From NCBI GenBank assembly GCA_041746575.1, contig JBGTGT010000012.1, positions 12,943 to 76,942 of the forward strand: a DNA stretch of 64,000 bases, given 5' to 3'. The first letter of the stretch is position 1, and every line of letters starts with the position of its first letter. The position numbers and the translations under genes were made by a program. The notes under the pieces are model-generated. The model did not search any database, had not been told where the DNA came from, and saw only the letters and a program-made list of their open reading frames with translations. Source of the stretch: Microcystaceae cyanobacterium (GTDB taxonomy: Bacteria; Cyanobacteriota; Cyanobacteriia; Cyanobacteriales; Microcystaceae). This document shows, piece by piece, positions 41,239 through 50,429 of this stretch.

Positions 41239-42167
41239 AAATCTTAATTACTGGAGGGGCGGGTTATATTGGCTCGGTTCTAACCCCTAAACTTCTCGCT
41301 CAGGGTTATCGCGTTACGGTGTTAGACAATTTCATGTTTCGCCAAACCAGTTTAGCGGAGTGCTGTCAATACGAAACCTTTGAGGTGGTGCGGGGTGACA
41401 GTCGCAATCAAGCGTTAATGACCGAATTGCTTAAAGATGCTGATATCATTATCCCCCTTGCGGCCTTAGTGGGTGCGCCCTTGTGCAGTCGAGATGAAAT
41501 GGGTACTCGTAGTATCAATCAAGATGCAGTACAAATGCTCTGCCGCTTAGCCAGTCCGCAACAACGGATTTTAATGCCAGTGACGAATAGCGGTTATGGC
41601 ATCGGTGAGATGGGAAAATACTGCACTGAGGACTCTCCTTTGCGGCCGATTTCTCTTTATGGGGTCACTAAGGTAGAAGCGGAAAAAGCAGTGCTAGAGA
41701 GAGAAAATAGCATCACCTTCCGTCTAGCAACGGTTTTTGGTATGTCTCCTCGGATGCGCGTTGATTTACTGGTTAATGATTTTGTTTATCGTGCTATCCA
41801 TGACCGAGCCGTGGTAATTTTTGAGGGGCATTTTAAACGGAATTATATTCACATTCGGGATGTCGCTAAGGCTTTTCTCCATGGTATCGCCCATTTTGAA
41901 GAGATGAGAGGTAAGCCCTATAATGTAGGGTTAGAGGATGCTAATTTATCTAAGTTAGAACTTTGTGCTGAAATTCAGAAGTATTTACCTAATTTTATTT
42001 ATTTAGAAGCTCCTATTGGCGAAGATCCTGACAAACGAGATTATATTGTCTCAAATCAACGGATTTTGCAAACGGGATATGAACCTGAATGGCCCCTCGG
42101 ACGAGGAATTCGCGAATTAATCAAGGGTTACACAATTTTACGCAATAGTATCTACTCTAACGTTTAA
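41235..42167 (+). CDS. NAD-dependent nucleotide-sugar epimerase/dehydratase
   Basis: GGAGYIG and YGVTK (YxxxK); 4-bp overlap with wzt. Confidence 0.92.
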   Translation: MKILITGGAGYIGSVLTPKLLAQGYRVTVLDNFMFRQTSLAECCQYETFEVVRGDSRNQALMTELLKDADIIIPLAALVGAPLCSRDEMGTRSINQDAVQMLCRLASPQQRILMPVTNSGYGIGEMGKYCTEDSPLRPISLYGVTKVEAEKAVLERENSITFRLATVFGMSPRMRVDLLVNDFVYRAIHDRAVVIFEGHFKRNYIHIRDVAKAFLHGIAHFEEMRGKPYNVGLEDANLSKLELCAEIQKYLPNFIYLEAPIGEDPDKRDYIVSNQRILQTGYEPEWPLGRGIRELIKGYTILRNSIYSNV

Positions 42168-42489
42168 ATCAATCACTTTAGTCTTACTTTCTCCCCGTTC
42201 CTTTCTAAAGAGGGTGCGGGGTTTAACGTAATCGGGTTTTTGCAATAAGTAGGTCATCATCTAGTCAGTATAGAGAAAACCAAATTATTTCTGCTGTCTT
42301 TCGTCTATCATAAGAAGAATAACCCTATATATAATTTATAGAGAGTCTAACTGAGTCGTGAAAATCGGAGAAATTTTTAATAGTCTCTCAAAATTCGTGT
42401 CGGCTTTATTTGCGCTTGTCTTGCCCAATCAGTTCATGATTCAAATAGACTGACGATAGTAAGCCTGCCGAAGCACATCAGCAGTTATA

Positions 42490-43062
42490 ATGAAAAGTCA
42501 CTTTTTAAATCCGACCAATTTTTTACTCCTCATTGTTGATGATATTCCGGCTAATCTCAAGGTTTTACATCGTATTTTAGAACCCATGGGATATCAAATG
42601 ACTTTTGCCAATAGTGAAAAAAAGGCATTAGAAAGAATGACCCAAATCCACCCTGATTTAATTTTAGTAGACTTAATGATGCCAGAGATAGATGGCTTAG
42701 AAGTGGCAGGTATTCTCTCGCAAAATTTGGCGTATCAAGATATTCCAATTATCATCTTTTTAACAGCGAGTCAAGAGACAGAACATTTAACAGAAGCGTT
42801 TGCTAAAGGTGCAGTTGATTATATTACGAAACCGCTACATCAAGGAGAATTATTAGCTTGCCTTAAACCCCATCTGTATCTCAAATATTGTCTGGATCTT
42901 TTAGTCCAACAAATACATCAAGAAAAACGAATTAATCAAATCACCCGAAGTATTTTAAGTTATACGTCTTTTGATATTACGGAATTAATTGCTTGCGTCG
43001 ACCAGTGTTTATATTTTGCGAAACAACGAGGCCAAAATCAATGGCAGACAAAACAAAAATGA
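42490..43062 (+). CDS. Response regulator receiver fused to remnants of GAF and GGDEF domains (internal deletion)
   Basis: Complete REC domain (IVDD, DLMMP, FLTA, DYITKP), then EKRINQITRSI joined directly to ELIACVDQCLYFAKQRGQNQ. Confidence 0.75.
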   Translation: MKSHFLNPTNFLLLIVDDIPANLKVLHRILEPMGYQMTFANSEKKALERMTQIHPDLILVDLMMPEIDGLEVAGILSQNLAYQDIPIIIFLTASQETEHLTEAFAKGAVDYITKPLHQGELLACLKPHLYLKYCLDLLVQQIHQEKRINQITRSILSYTSFDITELIACVDQCLYFAKQRGQNQWQTKQK

Positions 43063-43760
43063 TTTTCTTGTCCTCTTCTAAGGTCAATTTATCTCGTCAG
43101 CTGAACCGGCGCAGATGGAAAAGGCGATTCGTTTTTGCGTTGAGCGGTCTAATTTTAGTAGTTTTGAGTAAAATGGTCTGGAATGTAGCGGTTGTACTTC
43201 CCGCACATGCTGAACAGCCTATTGATGCGATTTTGGTGTTAGGAGGTAGTATTCGACGAGAAATTTATGCCAGTGAATTAGCAAAAAGTTACCCTCATCT
43301 TCCTATCATTATTTCCCGTGGCTCAGACGCCCCTTGTATTTTTCAGATTTTTCAAATAAAACAAGCCCCCATAGAGAATATTTTACTGGAAAATTGTGCT
43401 GACTCAACCTTTGGCAATTTCTTTTTCAATGTGCCACTGTTACGCCAAAAAAAAGTTCAAAAGGTCAAAGTCGTCACCTCACCGACTCATCTGCCAAGAG
43501 CGCAATACCTCGCCTATATTCATCTGGGCGCACAAGGCATTGCCGTGGAAATGGATATCACGGCGGAAAGGGGAAGACCGGGGAATCATGAATCCCCCTC
43601 AAAAACAGCCTTAGATGTGACCAGAAGCGTTATTTGGTCATTTTTTGCCCAAACCCTCTCGCCTCCTTGTACGGATGCTATTCCTCTCAAGGAAATTAAC
43701 TGGGAAAAATGGCAAAAAAGAGGGTATCGTTGTGAACGTCAAAAATACCTCAAGCTCTAG
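43059..43760 (+). CDS. YdcF/DUF218 family protein
   Basis: TM then DAILVLGG, ENCADSTFGN, VVTSPTHLPRA. Confidence 0.85.
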   Translation: MIFLSSSKVNLSRQLNRRRWKRRFVFALSGLILVVLSKMVWNVAVVLPAHAEQPIDAILVLGGSIRREIYASELAKSYPHLPIIISRGSDAPCIFQIFQIKQAPIENILLENCADSTFGNFFFNVPLLRQKKVQKVKVVTSPTHLPRAQYLAYIHLGAQGIAVEMDITAERGRPGNHESPSKTALDVTRSVIWSFFAQTLSPPCTDAIPLKEINWEKWQKRGYRCERQKYLKL

Positions 43761-43772
43761 CGACTATAGCGA

Positions 43773-44411
43773 CTATAAAGAGGCTTGTTGATTATACATT
43801 TCCCGCAAAACAAGCGCAGGATCAACGTATTGACCATTATGCTTCAGTCCCCAATGGAGATGAGGTCCTGTCGTACGTCCTGTCATGCCCACTCGACCCA
43901 TTCGCGCCCCAGCAGGGATTTCTTGTCTTTCTTGCAGGATAATGCCCCCTTCTCGGTCGACGAAGTACTTAAGGTTGCCGTTTTTCTGGACTTGTCCCAT
44001 TAAATGACAGTAAATGTGAGTCCATTGCCCTGACTGAACTTGAATCATTGTACCACAGGCTGTATTGTCTGATACTTCAACAATGTAACCGCTCCACCAA
44101 TTGCGAACGTAACTGCCAATCGGTGCGGCGAGATCTAGACCCCGATGAAACTGAGGTTGGCCACTAACCGGATTTACCCGATAGCCATAGGGAGAGGTAT
44201 AAGCTTGGAAGTTTTCCACGGGAAAAGAGGCATATTGCCAAGGATTTGTCGTAGAAGACCTTGCCGGAACGTACTGCGCTTGAGTGGGTTGTAAAAGACT
44301 AGGGGCTAATTCAAAACCGAGTAACAGCGTCAGCAAACTCAGAAAACCATAGTGGAAACGACGGGAACGAAATCGCCACCCTTTGAGTCCAAGGACTAGA
44401 GATAGATTCAT
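43773..44411 (-). CDS. M23 family peptidase
   Basis: HRGLD, YCHL, GRTTGPHLHW. Confidence 0.92.
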   Translation of the reverse strand: MNLSLVLGLKGWRFRSRRFHYGFLSLLTLLLGFELAPSLLQPTQAQYVPARSSTTNPWQYASFPVENFQAYTSPYGYRVNPVSGQPQFHRGLDLAAPIGSYVRNWWSGYIVEVSDNTACGTMIQVQSGQWTHIYCHLMGQVQKNGNLKYFVDREGGIILQERQEIPAGARMGRVGMTGRTTGPHLHWGLKHNGQYVDPALVLREMYNQQASL

Positions 44412-44527
44412 GATAGCTACTTCTCACACCTAAAATAGGCTGCCTTATCAATACGATGGCAGCTTCAATCCTAACTTGAATCATAGAATAATTTTGCCCA
44501 ATGCGCTACGCCATTAAACTCTAATGC

Positions 44528-44545
44528 GTTACATTACGTTACGTT
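44528..44545 (+). promoter_or_regulatory. HLR1-like direct repeat
   Basis: GTTACATT-ac-GTTACGTT in a divergent intergenic region. Confidence 0.4.
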
Positions 44546-44626
44546 AACCTTAGATGAGAGAAACTTGACTCACGAGCAGGACATTTTGTTAAGATCCATA
44601 AATATTTGTACCTAAAATACTGGATA

Positions 44627-45010
44627 ATGTTGAGCGATCTTTTGCCTTTTAGCTTTCATCTTTCTTCGGCAACCTTTGCTGGGACGTGTCTTTGGTCATT
44701 AGCCTTTTATCTCGGTTTAACCTCATTGAAAAATCTAATTATTGAGGGTTTAAATCGTTGGTTTAATTTTGCAGAACGTTCTCTTTATACTTCTCAAGCA
44801 GAGTTTGAAAGAACCCGAAAAGCGCGAGAATCGCAAAATGCTTTTTATGCGTCGGTATTTAGTATTTTTCCTTTTTTTGTGATGGGTGGACTTTGTAATT
44901 GGGGCGTGGAATGGGGACTCGGTAACAGTTGGGCGATTAGTATGGGCATGATGGCTTGTCTAATTTCAGGCGTTTATGAATTAGGACGGCAGGATAGTTT
45001 AAAACAGTAA
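44627..45010 (+). CDS. Conserved cyanobacterial small membrane protein
   Basis: RWFNFAERSLYTS..EFERTRKARESQNAFYAS, GVYELGR; three hydrophobic segments. Confidence 0.8.
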   Translation: MLSDLLPFSFHLSSATFAGTCLWSLAFYLGLTSLKNLIIEGLNRWFNFAERSLYTSQAEFERTRKARESQNAFYASVFSIFPFFVMGGLCNWGVEWGLGNSWAISMGMMACLISGVYELGRQDSLKQ

Positions 45011-45055
45011 TTGTAAGCAACAAACAATTTTTTTTGATAATATCAACTGGGTTTA

Positions 45056-46843
45056 ATGATGATTTTAAAACAGCGATTATCGAGTTTTATTTATATTATT
45101 TTAATTGGACTTCTGAGCCTTTTTTTCAGTGCTTGCGCTTCGACTCAAAGTGAAAATCAAGTGATTCAATCAGTGGTCGGAGATCCTAAAACCTTTAATG
45201 CGGTTTTGTCGGCTGAGTCTCCGAATGTTTTTGGTCTAATTTACGAAGGCTTAATTACCGAAAATCCGATTACGGGGGAAAAAGAGCCGGCTTTAGCTAA
45301 ATCGTGGGAAATTTCGGAAGATAAACTCACAATTATTTTTACATTAAGGGATAACTTAAAATGGTCGGATGGTCAACCATTGACGGCTAACGATGTGGTT
45401 TTTACTTATAACGATTTGTATCTAAATCCAAAGATTCCTAATAATGTTCGAGACAGCTTATTAGTGGGAGAAAAACGGCTACCACCGACGATTACAAAGC
45501 TCGATGATCGACGTATTAAGTTCCAAATTTCTGAACCCTACGCCCCTTTTTTGGAAAGTACAGGTCTTGGCATTTTACCCTCTCATGTATTGCGAAAATA
45601 TGTTGAAGAAACTGATCAAAAAGGTAATCCTAAATTTCTCTCCGTTTGGGGAACTGCAACTCCTCCTTCTAAAATTATTGGCAATGGAGCTTATCGCCTT
45701 AAAGAATATGTAACCAGTCAACGAGTTATTTTTGAAAAAAACCCTTATTATTGGAAAAAAGATGCACAGGGTAACCCTTTACCTTATATCAATGAAGTAG
45801 TCTGGGCAATTGTTGAAAATACGGATACTTCTTTGTTACAATTTCGCTCGGGAAGCTTAGATTTAATTAGCATTAATCCTGAGTATTTTTCTCTCCTTAA
45901 GCAAGAAGAAGAGCGAGGAAACTTTACGATTTATAATGGAGGTCCCGCTTATGGGGTGACCTTTATTTCGTTTAATTTAAATCAGGGAAAGCGGCAAGGC
46001 AAACCTTTAGTGAATTCCATTAAATCCGCATGGTTTAATAATGTTAATTTCCGTCGTGCGATCGCTTATGCTATTGATAGACCTCGAATTATTAATAACA
46101 TTTATCGCGGCTTGGGCGAACCGCAAAAAACCCAGATTTCAATCCAATCTCCTTACTATAACCAAAATATTCAAGGGTATAATTATAATCCTCAAAAAGC
46201 AAAAGAATTACTTCAACAAGAAGGATTTAAATATAATGCTCAAGGTCAATTATTAGATCAAAAAGGAAATCTCGTCGAATTTAGTTTAATTACTAATGCA
46301 GGGAACAAAACTCGAGAAGCAATGGGGGCGCAAATTAAGGAAGATTTAGGCAAGATTGGCATCAAGGTCAATTTTACACCGATTGCTTTTAATGTCTTAG
46401 TCGATAAACTGAGTAAAAGTTTAGATTGGGAAGCTCACCTGCTGGGTTTTACGGGGGGAAATGAACCCCATTCACCTAATATTTGGTATACGGATGGACA
46501 TCTTCATTCTTTTAATCAAAAGTCCTTACAAGAGCCATTGGAAGGTCGAGTGATTGCTGATTGGGAAAGGGAAATTGAACAATTATATATCGAAGGTGTT
46601 AAGGAATACAGTATTGAAAAACGCAAACTTTATTATGATCAAGCACAACAATTGGTGTCTGATTATTTACCTTTCATTTATCTGGTAAATCCTTATTCTT
46701 TATCGGCAATAAGAAACTGTTTTGATCCCATTCAATATTCAGCGTTGGGAGGTGCATTTTGGAATATCGAAAAGATTCATAATACTTGTTATCAAACGAC
46801 TGAAACAGCGAATCAAAAAGATAATTATGTCTGGCAAAAATAA
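45056..46843 (+). CDS. ABC transporter substrate-binding lipoprotein (family 5, peptide/nickel)
   Basis: Lipobox FSAC, DPKTFN, PALAKSW, LRDNLKWSDGQPLTANDVVFT. Confidence 0.92.
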   Translation: MMILKQRLSSFIYIILIGLLSLFFSACASTQSENQVIQSVVGDPKTFNAVLSAESPNVFGLIYEGLITENPITGEKEPALAKSWEISEDKLTIIFTLRDNLKWSDGQPLTANDVVFTYNDLYLNPKIPNNVRDSLLVGEKRLPPTITKLDDRRIKFQISEPYAPFLESTGLGILPSHVLRKYVEETDQKGNPKFLSVWGTATPPSKIIGNGAYRLKEYVTSQRVIFEKNPYYWKKDAQGNPLPYINEVVWAIVENTDTSLLQFRSGSLDLISINPEYFSLLKQEEERGNFTIYNGGPAYGVTFISFNLNQGKRQGKPLVNSIKSAWFNNVNFRRAIAYAIDRPRIINNIYRGLGEPQKTQISIQSPYYNQNIQGYNYNPQKAKELLQQEGFKYNAQGQLLDQKGNLVEFSLITNAGNKTREAMGAQIKEDLGKIGIKVNFTPIAFNVLVDKLSKSLDWEAHLLGFTGGNEPHSPNIWYTDGHLHSFNQKSLQEPLEGRVIADWEREIEQLYIEGVKEYSIEKRKLYYDQAQQLVSDYLPFIYLVNPYSLSAIRNCFDPIQYSALGGAFWNIEKIHNTCYQTTETANQKDNYVWQK

Positions 46844-46905
46844 TTTAATATGGCAGCTTTCTATAAAACCTAAATTACAATCCAAACCAAAAAAGAATCA
46901 AAATC

Positions 46906-47697
46906 ATGTCTCAAAAAATTCTCGTGTTAATTGCTAATCCTCAAGGGACACAAAGTCTCAACCTTTTACCTGAAATTCGTCGCTTAAAAGAAGCATTACG
47001 ACAGTCTGAATTGAACAGTCATTATCGAGTCGAATGGGAAATTGTTAAAACGGAAAAAGATTTCAGAAAATATATTATTAATCACAAACCTCAACTTCTC
47101 CATTTTGCAGGTCATGGCACAATGAAAGGATTATTATTAGAAGATCAAGAAGGTAATCCTAAAATACTCAATCACGTTTATATTGTTAGTCTCTTAAAAA
47201 TTTACAGCGATCGCCTTAATTGCGTGATTCTTAATGCTTGTGAGACCGCCAATTTAGCAGAAGTATTAAGCCAAGAAATCAACAATGTGATTGGCATGAA
47301 TCAGGAAGTAAAAGATGAGGTAGCTATTGTTTTTGCGGAAGGATTTTATGAAGCGTTAGGCGCAGGAGAAACGGTAGAGAATGCCTTTGAAGTTGGAAAA
47401 ATGGCAGTATTAGAATTATCAGAAGTCAAAGATAGTCAAGGTCGAAAATTCATGATTGAGCAGGGTAAAATCTTAGATGAAAAAGGTCAAGAAATTATAA
47501 ATTGCGAGCATTTAATTCCTGTTTTGAAAAAAAAAGATGATGCCAAAGCAATAGAAATTCCCTCTTCAAAATCTTCGCAAGGAAACAGAAATATAACACA
47601 AAGTCATAGCGGGAAAGGAGATAATATTGCAGGAGATAAAACGGTGACGAATACCCGCATGATTAACCTAAAAAAAGGGGATTATTTAGAATCGTGA
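46906..47697 (+). CDS. CHAT (caspase-like) domain protein
   Basis: ILVLIANP, LHFAGHG (His), VILNAC (Cys), VIGMN, FAEGFY. Confidence 0.88.
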   Translation: MSQKILVLIANPQGTQSLNLLPEIRRLKEALRQSELNSHYRVEWEIVKTEKDFRKYIINHKPQLLHFAGHGTMKGLLLEDQEGNPKILNHVYIVSLLKIYSDRLNCVILNACETANLAEVLSQEINNVIGMNQEVKDEVAIVFAEGFYEALGAGETVENAFEVGKMAVLELSEVKDSQGRKFMIEQGKILDEKGQEIINCEHLIPVLKKKDDAKAIEIPSSKSSQGNRNITQSHSGKGDNIAGDKTVTNTRMINLKKGDYLES

Positions 47698-47753
47698 TTA
47701 AGAAGTGACTGTTCTATAATAATAAAACGAGTGATGGATTTCGATTAATTAAA

Positions 47754-50204
47754 ATGAAGCCGGACTGGGTAAGATTACAAAAAGCACTCTCTGTCGAAGC
47801 AGAACGGGGTTATGATGACTTACAGGGCCATCAATACCGTTTTAGTGAGTTTTTGTGCCTAACCTTGGCAGAAAAACCCCCAATAGGGACACCTATCAGC
47901 GATCGCCGCAAATGGCAAGCATTAGCGGTACAATATGCTGAGTATTCCCATCTTGATAAAGGGCAACGTCAAGGCTTAATTAACCAAACTCGGCAATTTC
48001 TCCACGATTTACGCCAAACTCTTGAACAATCGACTGAACTACCCTTGCCGAAAACACCGAAAACGGCTAATATTCTCGTCGAATCAAATACTTTTATCAA
48101 AATTACGCTAGAAACCTCCTTGAGTCAGCTTCGGGAATTGGGTTATGCAAGGGGACAACAGCTTAAACGCTTAGGGTTAAACACAGTTAGGGATATTCTC
48201 TTCTATTATCCGCGAGATCATCTGGATTATGCTCGACAGGTGGCGATTGAACACTTAGTCGCCGGGGAAACTGTGACAGTGGTAGGGACGGCAAAACGCT
48301 GTAATTGCTTCACCAGTCCGAAAAATCAGAAACTTTGTATTTTTGAATTGATTATTCGCGACCATACGGGACAAATTAAGCTCAATCGCTTCTTTGCGGG
48401 GACTCGCTTTGCTAATCGAGGTTGGCAAGAAAGACAAAAACGGATGTACCCTGTGGGTTCAACGGTAGCCGCCTCTGGATTGGTTAAGCAGAATAAATTT
48501 GGGGTAACGTTAGATAATCCAGAGATTGAATTACTCGAAAGTACGACCTCTCAGATTGAATCTTTGAATATTGGGCGAGTTTTACCTGTTTATTCCTTAA
48601 CAGAAGGAGTTACTGCTGATGTTGTCAGAAAAGGCGTAATTGCGGCCTTACCTGCCGTTAAACAAGTTAAAGATCCCTTACCTGCCGTTATTCGGGAACA
48701 ATATGGTCTAATTAAGCTAAAAGAGGCGATTAATAAGATTCATTTTCCAGAAAACTCTGAAATACTCACTCAAGCAAGACGACGCTTAGTTTTTGATGAA
48801 TTTTTCTACCTACAATTAGGATTTTTACACCGTCGCCAACAGCAAAAACAACAGGAAAAGAGCGCACCTTTTAGTCCTAAAGGTCAATTGATCGAGAATT
48901 TTCAAAAAATCTTGCCTTTTTCCTTGACAAATGCACAAGAACGTGTCATTAATGAAATTTTTGAAGATTTGAATGCCGAAACCCCGATGAATCGCCTTGT
49001 ACAGGGGGATGTGGGGTCTGGTAAAACCATTGTTGCCGTTTTTGCCATTTTAGCGGCCTTACAATCAGGTTATCAGGCGGCTTTGATGGCACCGACAGAG
49101 GTCTTAGCAGAACAACATTACCGAAAATTAGTACAATGGTTTAATTTGCTGCATCTTCCCGTCGAATTACTGACAGGTTCGACCAAAACCGTTAAACGGC
49201 GTGAAATTCATGCCCAATTAGGCACAGGAGAGTTACCCTTATTAGTGGGGACGCATGCCTTAATTCAAGACCCTGTGAATTTTCAACGGTTGGGGTTAGT
49301 GGTGATTGATGAACAGCATCGTTTTGGGGTACATCAACGGGCTAAATTACTTGCTAAAGGTCAATCTCCCCACGTTTTAACGATGACGGCAACCCCCATT
49401 CCTCGAACGTTAGCGTTAACCTTACACGGGGATTTAGAGGTGAGTCAAATTGATGAATTACCCCCCGGTCGTCGGGCGATTCAAACCACTGCTTTATCCG
49501 GAAAAGAACGTCTTCAAGCTTATGATTTAATTAGACGGGAAATCGTGCAAGGTCGTCAAGCTTATATTATTTTTCCCTTAGTAGAAGAATCAGAAAAACT
49601 AGACTTAAAAGCGGCAGTAGAAGAACATCAACGGTTCTCAGAAATTATCTTTCCTGAGTTTAATGTGGGGTTACTGCATGGTCGTATGAATTCGGCGGAT
49701 AAAGAGGAGACATTGACCCATTTTCGGGATAATAAAACTCAGATTATTGTTTCAACAACGGTGATAGAAGTAGGGGTAGATGTTCCTAATGCAACGGTGA
49801 TGTTAATTGAACACGCTGAACGCTTTGGCTTGTCTCAATTGCATCAACTACGGGGACGAGTGGGACGGGGTTCTCATCAGTCTTACTGTATCTTAATGAG
49901 TAATAGTAAAACCCCCGATTCTCAGCAACGCTTAAAGGTTTTAGAACAGTCTCAAGATGGCTTTTTTATCTCAGAAATGGATTTGAGATTAAGGGGGCCG
50001 GGGGAAGTCTTAGGAACGCGTCAATCGGGTTTGCCTGACTTTGCGTTGGCCAGTTTAGTAGAAGACCAAGAAGTTCTAAATTTAGCAAGAGAGGCGGCGG
50101 AAAAGATATTATTATTAGATAAAAATTTACAAGGAATGCCTTCTTTAAAACGAGAATTAGACGAGCGGTATCAACGAATGTTAGGGATAGAAATTTTAAC
50201 TTAA
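47754..50204 (+). CDS. recG: ATP-dependent DNA helicase RecG
   Basis: QGDVGSGKT, DEQHRFG, MTATPIPRTL, QLHQLRGRVGRG. Confidence 0.97.
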   Translation: MKPDWVRLQKALSVEAERGYDDLQGHQYRFSEFLCLTLAEKPPIGTPISDRRKWQALAVQYAEYSHLDKGQRQGLINQTRQFLHDLRQTLEQSTELPLPKTPKTANILVESNTFIKITLETSLSQLRELGYARGQQLKRLGLNTVRDILFYYPRDHLDYARQVAIEHLVAGETVTVVGTAKRCNCFTSPKNQKLCIFELIIRDHTGQIKLNRFFAGTRFANRGWQERQKRMYPVGSTVAASGLVKQNKFGVTLDNPEIELLESTTSQIESLNIGRVLPVYSLTEGVTADVVRKGVIAALPAVKQVKDPLPAVIREQYGLIKLKEAINKIHFPENSEILTQARRRLVFDEFFYLQLGFLHRRQQQKQQEKSAPFSPKGQLIENFQKILPFSLTNAQERVINEIFEDLNAETPMNRLVQGDVGSGKTIVAVFAILAALQSGYQAALMAPTEVLAEQHYRKLVQWFNLLHLPVELLTGSTKTVKRREIHAQLGTGELPLLVGTHALIQDPVNFQRLGLVVIDEQHRFGVHQRAKLLAKGQSPHVLTMTATPIPRTLALTLHGDLEVSQIDELPPGRRAIQTTALSGKERLQAYDLIRREIVQGRQAYIIFPLVEESEKLDLKAAVEEHQRFSEIIFPEFNVGLLHGRMNSADKEETLTHFRDNKTQIIVSTTVIEVGVDVPNATVMLIEHAERFGLSQLHQLRGRVGRGSHQSYCILMSNSKTPDSQQRLKVLEQSQDGFFISEMDLRLRGPGEVLGTRQSGLPDFALASLVEDQEVLNLAREAAEKILLLDKNLQGMPSLKRELDERYQRMLGIEILT

Positions 50205-50296
50205 TTCTCAATTTATAATGACCTCTTTTGATTCAATACTCAGACTCATTAAAACTTGAGGTCTGGGTAACAGGATTATTTTGAGTGGCACCATTT

Positions 50297-50311
50297 ATTA
50301 GATTTTCTTAT
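50297..50311. promoter_or_regulatory. Possible LysR (NdhR/CcmR) T-N11-A site upstream of ndhF3
   Basis: ATTAG-atttt-CTTAT imperfect dyad; this operon is NdhR-regulated in model cyanobacteria. Confidence 0.35.
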
Positions 50312-50429
50312 ATTTTTAAATATCTATCTTGATAATTAAACCATTGCTTTTTGTGTATCTACAGGGTAGGATACCGATTATAGATCAGGGTTTTGTCTAT
50401 TTTTTTACATGAACCATTGAAAAAAGACT

